NCBI GenBank assembly: GCA_946965045.2
Contig: OX337232.1
Coordinates: forward strand, 372,001-436,000
Direction: 5' to 3'
Length of the DNA stretch: 64,000 nucleotides
From: Epithemia pelagica
Taxonomy: Eukaryota > Protista > Bacillariophyta
The notes under the pieces were generated by a model that saw only the letters and a program-made list of their open reading frames with translations, searched no databases and was not told the DNA's origin. Positions 43,119 to 54,617 of this stretch are shown piece after piece. Within the stretch, counting starts at the first letter, position 1; each line of letters begins with the position of its first letter. The translations under genes were made by a program, and so were the position numbers.

Positions 43119-46100
43119 ATGAGTCCTCGAGGAGATGAACCACAGGCTGTCCGTGGGGGCGTAGTGTTGGCCACCACATCCGAGTCGTCGTCATTGTCAT
43201 TATCGCCTGGCTCGGTTGTCCATGACCATGAGACGAGTGGTAGCTGTTGTCTACCAAAACAACCATCATCAGCAGCAGCATCACCTTTGTTGTACCACGA
43301 CAATCATGAGACGACCACTCCATGCCAAACCCAATGGACTCTTCCACCACCACCACCACATGACGAAGCAGCAGCAGTGGTGCATCCAGCCATTCGAGAG
43401 GAATGGCAGCAGTGTTGGCACCACGCCATGAGCGCTATTAACAACCACCATTCGATCCGAGGAGAACAACAACAACATCCAGAACCACATGAAGAAGAAC
43501 CAAAGGATGGGATGGTCCCTTACTTGTTTTTGCCCACGGCCTGCATGGGAGTGCCAGACGCTCGCTATCTCCTACAGTGTCTAGATGACGACTGGATCCG
43601 CCAAGGACGACCATTGCACCGTGTCGAATTGGATTCCCTCCAGGGGCCGACAACGACCCCACCAAGAGACGCGGGGGGCGATCGGACCCTCTGGCACGAG
43701 TTGCTGGTTCAATTCTTGAGGGAGAGTGCCACAGTTGGTTTGGCCTGTGATCCACCCGGTGGTTTGATGGATACCAACGTTTCGTGGTCGTGGATTCGTG
43801 CCTTGTCATCCTTGTCGTCCACCAGTATTCGACACTGGGAATTGGGTCTGGACCTGCGATATCCCTGTACCTTTGTGTCCACCCTCTTGCAACAGCAGCA
43901 ACAACAATCCACAGTCTTGGCCACCAATCCTCGTACATCCCATTCGACTGGTGTATCCCTGTGTCTGTTGGATCGGACACCACGACGAATCCCAACGGAT
44001 TCTTCTTCTTTTTCTTCTTGCTCCAATCTGGAACGACTGGCTCAAGCTCTGGAACCTGTCACAAACTTGGAGCAAGTGCACTTGTGTTATTTCCAGCTGA
44101 ATCCGACAACCCCTACTCGTAGAACGAATGATTGTGTGGAGGAGGATCCCACAAGCACTCCGTCTTCTTCTTGTTCCATGCACTGGTTGAATCAGGCCTT
44201 GCACGGTTCCCGCCACTCATTGCGACAGTTGACCTTGCAAGATTGGCCTTACCGACCCGAGTGTCATTGGGATTGGTTGGTTCCCATTACTACAGAATAC
44301 CCCCTGTTGGAGTCCCTGGTCGTGACCGTGTCCCCCCAAGCACACGTGTTTGCCGCCTCCCGCTCGGATGACAACAACAACAACAACAACAACAACAAGA
44401 GAGTTCAATGGGACGGACCGTGGGAGTCGTCTCCGGCTCTGTGTCGTGCCTTGTCGTCGTCGTCCTTGCATCGCTTGCAACACGTATCGTTGCCTCTCTT
44501 GTGCGAATCCCCAACCTCGATTCAAACCGTGGTACAACCCTTTCTCGAGGCCTTTGTCTCGTCCTTGTCATCATCGTCGTCCTCCATGTGGCAATCCTTG
44601 GACTTGGTGCCCTTGGTGTCGGTGAACCGCATCACTTCGAACACCACCAACAAGAATCAGGATCCTCCGACAAGTAACGATGATTCACATGACATTCGCA
44701 TTGCCTTGCAAGAATTTACACAACCGATTGGGTTGCAACAAACCATGAAATCCCTGGTGCAGGTCCTTTCCTCCAGCACGACAACAACAACAACAGCAAC
44801 CACAAAAGTGGCCTTGCAGGTGGATTATTCCTCCTTGCCCCACATGTTGCCGGTCCAGTTTTGGAGGCAATTCATTCCCACAAGAACAACCACGACCACA
44901 ACCGACAGTGCCACAACCACAACGAATCGCAGCACCGCCATAAAAATGGACAAACAAGTTGGGAATCGGAAGCCTACTACCACCACGATTACTCCCCTCG
45001 TCTCCTTGACCTTATTGCAGGGTGGACAACGACGAGGATTGAGTCCATTACAAGTTCAGGCCTTGTGTCACAATTTGAATACCACCTGTCCTCATTTGAC
45101 ACACTTGACCCTACCTCTTTCCAATTCCTCCAGTACCAACAACAACAACAGCATCAATAACCATGTCGTCATGTGGTGTCCCCCATTGGCATTGACCGAG
45201 GTCACTGTGCAACTTCCGGGAAGTGATGACTCTTGTCCGTGGTCGTTGGTAACGCAACTCGTACGGGAACAATCCCATCTCCATACCTTGCGACTGTATG
45301 GAGTTCCACCAACATTCACCGTCACACCTTGCCATTTATTCCATGAAACCACTCGCGCTTGTTCTCCACTCCTAATACTAAAAGGCAGCAAAAAACAAGC
45401 TCAAACTCAACAACGCCACCAGCCATATCCACAACAAGAACAAGAACAACACGAGTTGATTCAAACCATTGTACAGCATGCTTCATTGCATACCCTCGTG
45501 TTGCAAACCAAAGGACAATCACCCCGAGTCATTCACAGTGCACCACCCACAGTACTACTACACGAGGAGAGCCACGATTTCCTAGCATCGGACGGTGAGG
45601 AAAAGAAGCTGCCGGATCCACACGATAAAGATCCATCCAGTCCGCAGGCGACCGCCAAAAGAGACTCATCGTCCTTATTCTTGGATCAGCTATGCCATTC
45701 TCTGGCAACCCCATCCACAGGCCCGTCTTGTCCCGTGCGTGATTTGGATGACCACCACCACAATAACCATGAATGATAGTCATATAGGGGAACTGCTACT
45801 CCTGGGTGCAGAATGTGTTTCAACTCCCAAAATGGACCGATTGGTGTCCTCCGTGGCATGCCCTCTTGTCTTTTCCGTACCAGCAACAAAAGGCGCTTCC
45901 GCGAGAGGTGGTGGAGGCCTTGCACTTTCATCCAACGATTCAACACCTCCGTCCCCCTTCTCACACAAAAATCACAATCCCCCCACGGACCACCACCCAT
46001 GACGGGATGGAGACCGACAATGCCATGGACCACCACACGAGGAGGGCAAATCATTGGTTCGGTCGGATACCATCCCACTCCACACCCACGGACACTCATG

Positions 46101-46189
46101 ATTGTACGTCATTGTCATTTTTTCCCATGCCCTTGGAGTTGCTGGCCCTGCTGCGACGAAATCGTTGGTTGCTCGAGGAACGGGGGTGA
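43119..46189 (+). CDS. LRR/RNI-like low-complexity hypothetical protein, copy 2 (ORF 43119-45776; probable intron 45735-45787)
   Basis: Paralog of 6603-9718; 5' third diverged, remainder near-identical. Confidence 0.6.
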
Positions 46190-46260
46190 GCAGCTACGCT
46201 ATACCCCAACACGACGACTGCTACAACGCCCGAATCCACACGTTGTGCAAATCCTTGCAG

Positions 46261-46982
46261 GCCCGCGGGTACAACACCAAGACTATACGCTGGGCACAAA
46301 AGTGTGGAGCAAGGAACCCATTGGTCTCGTAACGCGACAGGGCGATCTGACCTGGTCCGATTTTTGCGAATGGACCATTCAAGCCTTCATTTTATGCCCA
46401 AGAACATGGCATTACCAAAACCACCGCGTCCTTTCAATTGGGTACGACCACCGTCTGGGATCCCGCCACGAACGATACCAGCAGTCCCCGCTTTACGGCC
46501 AACCAATTGGAGTCCGTCAATGCACATGCCGTGGCGGCGCGGGGCAATATTGAAGAACTGTACAATTTCAATTTGCAAACCTTCATGCCTCGCACCGGCT
46601 TGAATCGCCTCAATTCAGGCGATTCGCCCATCATGTATGCCTTTCCCATGGGACCATTAATGAGTAACGTCGCGGCACCCGAACTCAAAGTCCAATCGCC
46701 GACCGTGAAAGCAATCAAGGAACGTGGCTCTTTGAATTGTGGCATTCGTACCCGCAAAGGCTTTGCCGAATTTGATCGCACTACCAAGGAGTGGTCCGGC
46801 GTTGATGTTGATTTGTGTCGGGCTTTGTCGGCCGCCTTGTTTGATAGCGTGGATACCCGGGTTGTGTTTACCGATGTGCTGGCGGCTCAACGATTTCCCG
46901 TCTTGGTGCAAGAACGAGTCGATGTCTTGTCCCGGTTATCGACCTTGACATTGAGACGCGATGTGAAGGAACCCCAAACCGG
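46261..46982 (+). pseudogene. AapJ-like solute-binding protein fragment, copy 2
   Basis: Paralog of 9790-10510 with an extra T frameshift near 46390; similarity stops at cccaaaccggt (46982). Confidence 0.8.
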
Positions 46983-47712
46983 TGTGACAACACACTTCGC
47001 CGACATCCAAGCTGTAGCGCTATATCTCTACAGTGATTTGTGAAAGAAGGTTAGGTACGGAAGCACTGGAGGGAAGCCCTTGTTTCGCAACAAAAGATCA
47101 TATATCGCAGCCGATTATCATGGCAGAGGTACAACAGGGCATGAGGGAGAAGATTGACGAGGATTCAACATAATCAAAGAATTTTCTATATCGACTGACG
47201 GATATCACGAGTGAGACCGTTCGAAGCATGCAAATTGAAGGTGTCCAGCACTTGTCCAAGGCTTCCAATGAGGACAGAAAAACAATGTTTTGAACGGAAT
47301 CCAATAGTCGGGAGGGCCTTCGTCAAAGCCATCTTGACGGCTCATGAAATCTCTCAGAATGCCCTCCTGTTGGTGAATACCAGTTCGCCGTACACCCTTT
47401 TGACGACCGAGACCTTGAACGCATTGCAACCATGCTCACAGTGATCAATTCATGATGGTGCTGTTGCCCCGCTGGTTGTGCTTGTTGTTGCCGCAACAAG
47501 GTGGATGTCAGGTCCCATTCACACGATACTGGGAAGAGATTGCCATTCGCTTCTTCTTGTGCACCCAACAAAGTCCTATGCTTCAATTCTTTGCACTAAT
47601 CGTTATATCTCTTCTATTTTATTCAGTTGGAGGCCAATGCGTCTATTCCCATAGTTTCCCGTCGTACGTCCCAGAACCCCATTTGTTCTGCCATGGTCTC
47701 GACGTAGGACTT

Positions 47713-48378
47713 TTACGTCAGCCAAGGCAAAGAGCTTCCCTGTTCGGCCGCCGTCTGCTTCTTGAGCCAAGCTACAGCCCCATCGTTCAATGGATTAGTG
47801 CGTTGGTTGGTACTCATAGACAGGCTTTTAGGAGTCACACCTTTCTTTGCATCAATCAATGCTTGGATATCATGTTTTTTCTTTTCGGTATTGGTCTCCA
47901 GTTTCTTGAGTTCCAGTTGAAAGATTTCTTCTCTTTCTTTCAGTTCCAATTGAAAGATTCGGTCTTCCTTGCGCATAGCATCCATCTTAATGTTGTCTTC
48001 CATGCGCATAGCATCCATCTTAATGTTTGCCATATATGCAATGCCCAAAGGTACAACTGCAGAAATTGCAACAGAAATCGCAGCAATCGTATTTGCCGTG
48101 CCAGCAATAGTATTTGCCGTGCCAGCAATAGTGTTTGCAGTTTCAGCTTTGTCAACAGACTGTTGAGCTGCCTCGACACTCGCCACTTGGAGCTCTTCGG
48201 CGTTCATCTCGGACGGCTGTTTCGGATCTTTGTCAGAGTTCGTACTACAAAGACAGAAGTTTGTGTAAGAAATCTGGGCCCTCAAAGGACGGGTCGGCGA
48301 GAATGCCACCGTCGCTTTTACAGAAAGAAGCACGGCAATCAGCAAGCTTCCCAACAAGCAACACCATTTGTCTCTCAT
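47713..48378 (-). CDS. Small putative plastid-targeted single-TM coiled-coil protein, family copy 3, with internal in-frame duplications
   Basis: ATG at 48378; ANTIAGT x2, NIKMDAMRxED x2, IFQLELK x2; conserved C-terminus. Confidence 0.65.
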   Translation of the reverse strand: MRDKWCCLLGSLLIAVLLSVKATVAFSPTRPLRAQISYTNFCLCSTNSDKDPKQPSEMNAEELQVASVEAAQQSVDKAETANTIAGTANTIAGTANTIAAISVAISAVVPLGIAYMANIKMDAMRMEDNIKMDAMRKEDRIFQLELKEREEIFQLELKKLETNTEKKKHDIQALIDAKKGVTPKSLSMSTNQRTNPLNDGAVAWLKKQTAAEQGSSLPWLT

Positions 48379-48700
48379 TTTGCTAAAGAAGGGACACAAA
48401 CAATTCAATTGATCAGAATTTCTTTTTTAATTTGCACCGCTGTTCTTGGCGACAGACGTTAATCTCAAGAAATGGCGACAGCAATGGTGGGTTGAAAGAG
48501 AGAAGAGAGACTCAGAGCTCAGAGGATTGTCGGTGGAAATCGCCACGTCAGTGTGTTCGAGCTGAACAACTCGTATTTTTGCGCGACCAAGAACTAGTCG
48601 AGATAAGCCCCTTTCTGGGAGGCACACTTCCTATTGGTTGGAGAGATTGGAGATGGTCTGACTCAGCGTCAGGTTTTAGGGAAGGTAGGTGGTGGGGGTG

Positions 48701-48793
48701 CTAGTGGTACGTTGCAGGAAATGAGCTGTTCGCTCAGAACGAATCGCATCCACCATCTGGAAACGCTCCCGTTTCAGCGAAGGTCTAGTGGTA
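48701..48793. other. 75-bp insertion (48710-48784) flanked by a 9-bp direct duplication CTAGTGGTA
   Basis: The paralogous block A site (16746-16754) has a single CTAGTGGTA and no insert. Confidence 0.8.
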
Positions 48794-48990
48794 GGAGGTA
48801 GGTCAAAATGCCCCCGTGGGAATGATCCCATCTACCTCCCAGGTCCAGGTCCATAAAAATCGTGACAGGAACCGGTCTAATAGGTTTACGGTTTACATGC
48901 GTGTGAAGTGTCTCCTGTCCCCGTGGGAGTACCGACTGCCAGGTTAGATAGACTCCCATGTATTCCCGTGCACGGGAATAGGTCACGATA

Positions 48991-49599
48991 TTGTCTAGGA
49001 GTACTTCTAACAGCATTCCCTATCAAGAAGATTTGTACAAATACAATGATTCCGTATGGGGTGTCGAAAAGAAACGCCTGGTAGAGTCTGGTGAGAATCC
49101 ATGTGGGACAGTTCCAGTTGCATATACAGAGGATGGCCATCATTTGAGCCAGCACATTGCCATGGCTCGGTACTTTGCCCGTATCAACAAGTTGGATTCG
49201 GGAGATGCATGGAAGGATTACGTCCAAGACGTCATTGCCGATGAATACCAGGGATTCCGCAATATCTGGGTCGAAAAGTCTTTTGCAAGCACCGAAGAGC
49301 AAAAGGCCGAATACGTATACAAGACTGTACCCGAGCTATTAACCAAGTTTGAGGCCCTGTATAAAAAATACAAGACAACGGGCAACGATCAAGCATATTT
49401 GAGCACCAGTCCATCCGGCTCTCCCTTGTGGGGAGATACAGCCATGTTTAGTATTCTGTACGATCACATCCAACTGGGTCACTTTACCGAGGAAACATTG
49501 ACGTCTTCCTACCCGCACTTATCCGCCTTGTACAAAGCATTCATCGCTATACCAGCTGTCGCAGAATGGATCGAACGCAAGAAACCATCCACAAACTAA
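48991..49599 (+). CDS. Glutathione S-transferase, copy 2; frame open but 5' exon/start codon not identifiable
   Basis: IPYQED, NPCGTVPV, SQHIAMARYFAR, WGDTAMF, YPHLSAL, IPAVAEW; the in-frame ATG at 48958 is cut off by TAG at 48979. Confidence 0.6.
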   Translation: MSRSTSNSIPYQEDLYKYNDSVWGVEKKRLVESGENPCGTVPVAYTEDGHHLSQHIAMARYFARINKLDSGDAWKDYVQDVIADEYQGFRNIWVEKSFASTEEQKAEYVYKTVPELLTKFEALYKKYKTTGNDQAYLSTSPSGSPLWGDTAMFSILYDHIQLGHFTEETLTSSYPHLSALYKAFIAIPAVAEWIERKKPSTN

Positions 49600-49878
49600 G
49601 ATGAAAGGTTGATACAGGATAAATAATAAATCGTCTTAGCGATAAACAACTTACATAACATTACTGAGACTATTTAAAGGACGTAGGAGTCTAGGTAGGT
49701 AGATATTATCGAATGGCCTTATGAAGTCTACGGCTTTTTCTTAAATTTTTTTTAAAAAATCTTTTTTTTACCCCCAGGGAGTGAATATCATTGCGCGCCG
49801 TCACATAGTATTCTTTGTTGGCATCAAAATACTACATAAGAGGATTTTCATGCAAGCTTCTACCGTAGTTAGGTAGTA

Positions 49879-52800
49879 CTACCAACAACAAAATACGATA
49901 GATCGGGTGAGGTGGCTTGTAGGATGTGCGTCTTGGAAGGCTGTGGAAAACAAAAAATCAAACGGGCCTTGCAAATAGGTATCCACCACTACGACCACCG
50001 AAGACGAGGACATCAAGGTGGCATTGTCGTCATCGTTCATGGTCAAGATTCGTACTGGTCTGCTTCTTCTTTGTTGTTGTCGTTGCTTCAAGGCCGCAAA
50101 TGATAATGGTGTGACCCGGTTGAGGTGGTCCATGGAATCGAAGGAAGAGGATGACAAGGATGACAATACATCGTTCGAGTCCAATGCACCAAGAGTACGA
50201 TCCTCGTCGTCGGAATCACTCAAACTCGAAAAGGGGTCCTCCTCTTTTTTTTCTGTTTCGTCTCGTCCTTCCTGGCCATGGGTAGGGATAGTGTGTGATT
50301 GCGAAGGATCTAAAGGTGCGTTTGCTGTAGGACGACGACTCTGATTATTCATTATGCAAGAGAGTGTGGAGGATACCAAGAGAATCATCTCTTGATGGGG
50401 AGCGGGCATTTCCGACGATGGGGTATCGTTGGATTGCGGAACGACAATCCGCGGCTCGTCATGAGTGGATTTGTTGCTGTAGTGGTGGTGATGGTTACGA
50501 ATCATGCTATCCTCCGCTGGATTCGTAGTCACACAATCTTGCCGTGGCATTGCCGGGATATGGCTTGTCACCGTAGAGTGCGGTTGTGATGACAATGGCG
50601 ACTCCAATGGTTTGTAGTTGGTTTCTCCTTTGCATGGTTGTACCTCTGATGCGTTCTTGTTCCTGTTGCCCATGCGTTCGTCATGTTTGGGCGTCGAGAT
50701 TACGTCCTCCCCCGTTGTGGCATCTTGTTCTGAGACGATACAGTCTCCTCCACCATCGGTCGTGACAATAACATGAACCAATCCCTGGGAGCTTCTCTGC
50801 GGCACCGCCAAAGACAACGGTTGCAGTTCCTGTTCGCCTCCTGTTTCATTTTCTTCTTGTGTCTGTTGTACTGGCCTAGTAGTATCCTCAGTTTCGGACA
50901 AAGTTTGCCATTTCAACCAGTAGGACGAGGATTCACTGTCACGAGAAGGGGAACGGGAGAGATCGCCGTCGTCTTCTTTGGCAGGTTGAATACTGCTGTG
51001 GACTGGCAGAGTGCTTCTGCTGATCATCTTCTTGTTGGTAGTGTTGGATGGTGCATGCTCCTGACAGAGGAGACCTACTTGTCGCGCAATCTGAGAAAAG
51101 TCAAACACATCCGAGGACAAGCTTGGTTGTACTTGGAGTGATGGTGGTGCTGCAAAACTCGTCTTTCCGACAGCCACATCTTTGGTTGCAGTGTTTTGGG
51201 GTACATCAACGGACGGCCTATCCTCCGTTGTGTCTTGGAGTATCGTCCGACCGTATTTAGGAGGATCGCAACCATTTTTCTGGTCGGCAATCGCTCCTGC
51301 GGAATGACTTAGTGTTGTTCGTGATGGTACACCACCCTTGTTCTTGACTGCTGCCGCCACCCGTGCTGGATTCATGTTCGGTTGTACAAGCACATTGGTG
51401 GTCGTGTTGGAGGTTTCGATTTTCTTGCCAGTGGTTCCTGGTGATGATGGTGATGATACGGGAGGAACCATGGCCGGATTTGTGTTCTTGTCGGACCGTA
51501 TGGCTGTAGTGGAGCATTGAGATATGCACTGGTTGCTCTTGCTGCTATTAGTGTCCTTGTTGTTGTTGTTGTTGTTGTTGTCGTCATTGTCGTGAATGGT
51601 GGAACGACGCGTGGGTGAAATCAATGGTTGAGGATGGGTTTGTGCTGCGGTGAGTAAGCTACTGGTATTCCGGACCGTTTTCGGTGGTTGTGGACCGCGT
51701 CGTGCTTGTCTCTTGGGGGACAAGGAAGGACGAGGCGACCAAGGCCCTTGTTGTGCTAGTGTCACCCTTTTGGATTGTCGTTGCTGATGTTGTTGTTGTT
51801 GTTGTTGATGATGATAATTTCGTTGGGCCGCTTGGGCGAGACGCTGAGCGGCGACCGACAAGGACGGACGAGATTTGGAGCACGGTGGTGGTGAGGATGG
51901 TTCATTGTCTTCTGTTTCGTTTGGATGGGTCTCGGAGGACGAGGAAGTTTGGTGGTCCTTGTTACTGCTGACAGAGGATGTGTTGGTCGAAGACGAAGAA
52001 GCAGAAGAATAGGAATGGATCCGATTCCCTTGCGGAGTTGACACGACCAGGGTCGTACCATCAATTTCATGGGTGATTTGATTCTGATACATGGGGCGTC
52101 GTTGTGCCGCGTGTTGTTGCTTCCGAGTGGTATTGGTCACCACGTTGGTGGTACACGGCGTGGAAGGAACCGACCGAGTCGTCCTGGTTGTGGTTGTGGT
52201 TGTCGGCGAGGGATTCGGGACCGAGTCCTCCCTAACGGCGATTGAACAGCATGACGAGGGCCGCTGCGAATGCTCCGACAAGTGTTTGTGGTTGTTGTTG
52301 TTGTTGTTCTGGACCAGGCTGAGAGGAATCCATTGGCTGACGGACAATTCATCTTCGGTGGTGGAGGAAGAGGACAGAGTGGCACGTTCCTTGAGCAAGG
52401 AATCATCTTCCTCCTCCTCCTTCTGATCCCAGGAACAAGAAGAAGATGCGCCACTGGACATGGTGGTGGTGGACGATCCCTCATCGTAAAACAAGAGACC
52501 CTTGACGGTCCGGTAGGCTTGTGGGGATTTGCCATGACCTGTCGTGGTGGTCCGTTTTCGGGAGTACACAAATTGGTCGGTCCCATGATTGGGGTACTGT
52601 TGCAACATTGTCGTCGTTGTTCTTGTTCTGGAAGGATGCTGTTGCTGCTGTTCATAGTCTTCTTCGTCCATGGTGGTGGCAATGGTGCTGTTCCCATCCG
52701 CCGCCATGATGCTACTACTGTTGCAAGTACTACACTCGGTCACTTCGACTCCACCGCCTTGGTCATCCCACTTGAAAATATTGACACGAGACGAATTCCA

Positions 52801-53076
52801 AGACGACGATGCAGAAGAGGAGGATGAGGATGACGACAAGGACAAGGAGACGGAACTGGAGGATGTGGACCACCCCACCACGTCTTGAGGAGGAGGAACA
52901 ACAGCCCGATGGGAATCCGACAAGAGGGAAAACAACTTGGAAGACTGTTTGTTCGTGGTGGTAGGACAAGGATCGTTGGTCGTTGGTCGTTTGTGGTATG
53001 ACAAGATTGGCGTATTCGTGTCACCTTCTTCCTCGTTCTTGTCGCGAGGACTCTGGAGCAGCACATCCATCCACAT
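49879..53076 (-). CDS. Large Ser/Thr/Gln-rich, probably disordered hypothetical protein
   Basis: 1065-aa ATG-initiated ORF; no recognisable domain. Confidence 0.55.
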   Translation of the reverse strand: MWMDVLLQSPRDKNEEEGDTNTPILSYHKRPTTNDPCPTTTNKQSSKLFSLLSDSHRAVVPPPQDVVGWSTSSSSVSLSLSSSSSSSSASSSWNSSRVNIFKWDDQGGGVEVTECSTCNSSSIMAADGNSTIATTMDEEDYEQQQQHPSRTRTTTTMLQQYPNHGTDQFVYSRKRTTTTGHGKSPQAYRTVKGLLFYDEGSSTTTMSSGASSSCSWDQKEEEEDDSLLKERATLSSSSTTEDELSVSQWIPLSLVQNNNNNNHKHLSEHSQRPSSCCSIAVREDSVPNPSPTTTTTTRTTRSVPSTPCTTNVVTNTTRKQQHAAQRRPMYQNQITHEIDGTTLVVSTPQGNRIHSYSSASSSSTNTSSVSSNKDHQTSSSSETHPNETEDNEPSSPPPCSKSRPSLSVAAQRLAQAAQRNYHHQQQQQQHQQRQSKRVTLAQQGPWSPRPSLSPKRQARRGPQPPKTVRNTSSLLTAAQTHPQPLISPTRRSTIHDNDDNNNNNNNKDTNSSKSNQCISQCSTTAIRSDKNTNPAMVPPVSSPSSPGTTGKKIETSNTTTNVLVQPNMNPARVAAAVKNKGGVPSRTTLSHSAGAIADQKNGCDPPKYGRTILQDTTEDRPSVDVPQNTATKDVAVGKTSFAAPPSLQVQPSLSSDVFDFSQIARQVGLLCQEHAPSNTTNKKMISRSTLPVHSSIQPAKEDDGDLSRSPSRDSESSSYWLKWQTLSETEDTTRPVQQTQEENETGGEQELQPLSLAVPQRSSQGLVHVIVTTDGGGDCIVSEQDATTGEDVISTPKHDERMGNRNKNASEVQPCKGETNYKPLESPLSSQPHSTVTSHIPAMPRQDCVTTNPAEDSMIRNHHHHYSNKSTHDEPRIVVPQSNDTPSSEMPAPHQEMILLVSSTLSCIMNNQSRRPTANAPLDPSQSHTIPTHGQEGRDETEKKEEDPFSSLSDSDDEDRTLGALDSNDVLSSLSSSSFDSMDHLNRVTPLSFAALKQRQQQRRSRPVRILTMNDDDNATLMSSSSVVVVVDTYLQGPFDFLFSTAFQDAHPTSHLTRSIVFCCW

Positions 53077-54617
53077 TCTTCTTCTGAACCGCGAACAATG
53101 CTACCGACAACAATGAGAGTAGGTGCAACTTTGGGAGGTGCTCGATCAAGTAGTATAAGAGAGATCGTGTTCGGCTATCGGCGGCGAAACACGCAACACC
53201 AATCGAATGTCACTTCTTTGGGGTGCAAACAGTGGTGTTTGGATCTTCGCCGTAAGAGTCTTGGTTCTTATGACAACCTTTGTCCTTGGATAGGAAAGCC
53301 ACGTTGCATCTCTTCGCCAACCGTTTCCATGTGGTGGTACCATGTTGTGCGTAATCGGCTGGTTGTCGCTTGCAAAAGGAACCGGTGCGCCCACCGAAAA
53401 AGTGAGAGAAATGTGAGAGTACAGCAGATAGTGACTATGGAGTACAGAAAAATGTTGCTTAAACCATCCGGGCAATAGTCGCCTCATTTAGTTAGGGATG
53501 TTTACTTAGAGGACGCACGCTGGTTTCCCTCCAAACACTCTCCAAAACTCTATGTATCCATTTCTGTACTCTCTAACAAATTAAAATCTTAAATTCGGTT
53601 CGGTGTCCTCTTATTCTTGTCGCACAATTTGAAACACAGGGACAACACTCTAGTGGCACGCATCCTCTCCTCGCTTCTCCACTGCAAATCTCTCTCAAGA
53701 GAGTCCAGAGAAACACAAGGACAGAATGCCTTACCACCAAAAAGAAACGAAATCTACATGACAGAGTATTGAGGGGCGAACGGAATCCATTCATCACCGA
53801 AAGAGAGAGAAAGGACCTGCTCTGGTTGTTTCATGGAACTTGTTTTGTGGATGCGGTGCATCTTACCTCGTGATTCCCATTCGACATTCAGCGCAGAGTT
53901 TCTCCATAGTCGGTATCCTTTGTATTATAGCACGAACAACACCCAATGGCATTTGTACAGTAGTGTATCGTATTGTATGGAACAAAACTCGAGGGAAGCA
54001 CCAACAACCAAATAACAGTACGTGGTACAATCGTGCAAAGGGAGAAAACTCTAGGACGCCGTTTCTACAATGGCTTATTCATGAAAGCCAGTTGCTTGTT
54101 TGTTTGTTTCTTCTCCTTTACAAAATGTGCAACTACAATACAAGAGGGGTGCGAGGGACAAGGGATTCCATGGACACCACACGAGATGCAGGCACATTGA
54201 GTATCTACTATAGTTCCCCCTTGCTTGATTGGTTCATCATTATCCGCATCTTCTTCTTCTTTCTTTTTTGTGCTCCAGTGTGTGGAGTCTTGTTTCCCGT
54301 TCTGCGGCCTAGGTAGGTAGTTCGACATCCATCCCTAGTAGAAGTCGCGTGGACCAGACTCGCGCTTGTGGGAGCATGAGTTCCACACGGTTGCTCCATG
54401 GCACACGTGGCGTCTGTGTGTTTCAAACTATTGCACAGTGCGTTGGTTCAACCCTAACCACTACAGCAAATGTTAAACTAGTATAGTTCCATGAGATTCA
54501 TGATTCATTCCAAAAGGAGGGACCCATGGTTCCATCCATCTCTATGAAAAGTGTGTGTTGGTTTCAGTTTTTTTGTAAGAAAAAAGTGTGGAGAGGTTTT
54601 TAGAGACTTGTTGGTTC

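Larger units (their letters stand above)
27526..49910 (+). repeat. Segmental duplication block B (paralogous to 1-~17830), carrying the 8.9 kb retrotransposon insertion
   Basis: Collinear with block A. Offset is ~27.5 kb before and ~36.5 kb after the retrotransposon. Confidence 0.9.

Noticed and set aside
53410-53580. Short inverted repeat gagtacagaaa/tttctgtactc as a MITE
   Set aside because: Only ~11 bp, no TSD found and no second copy in the window
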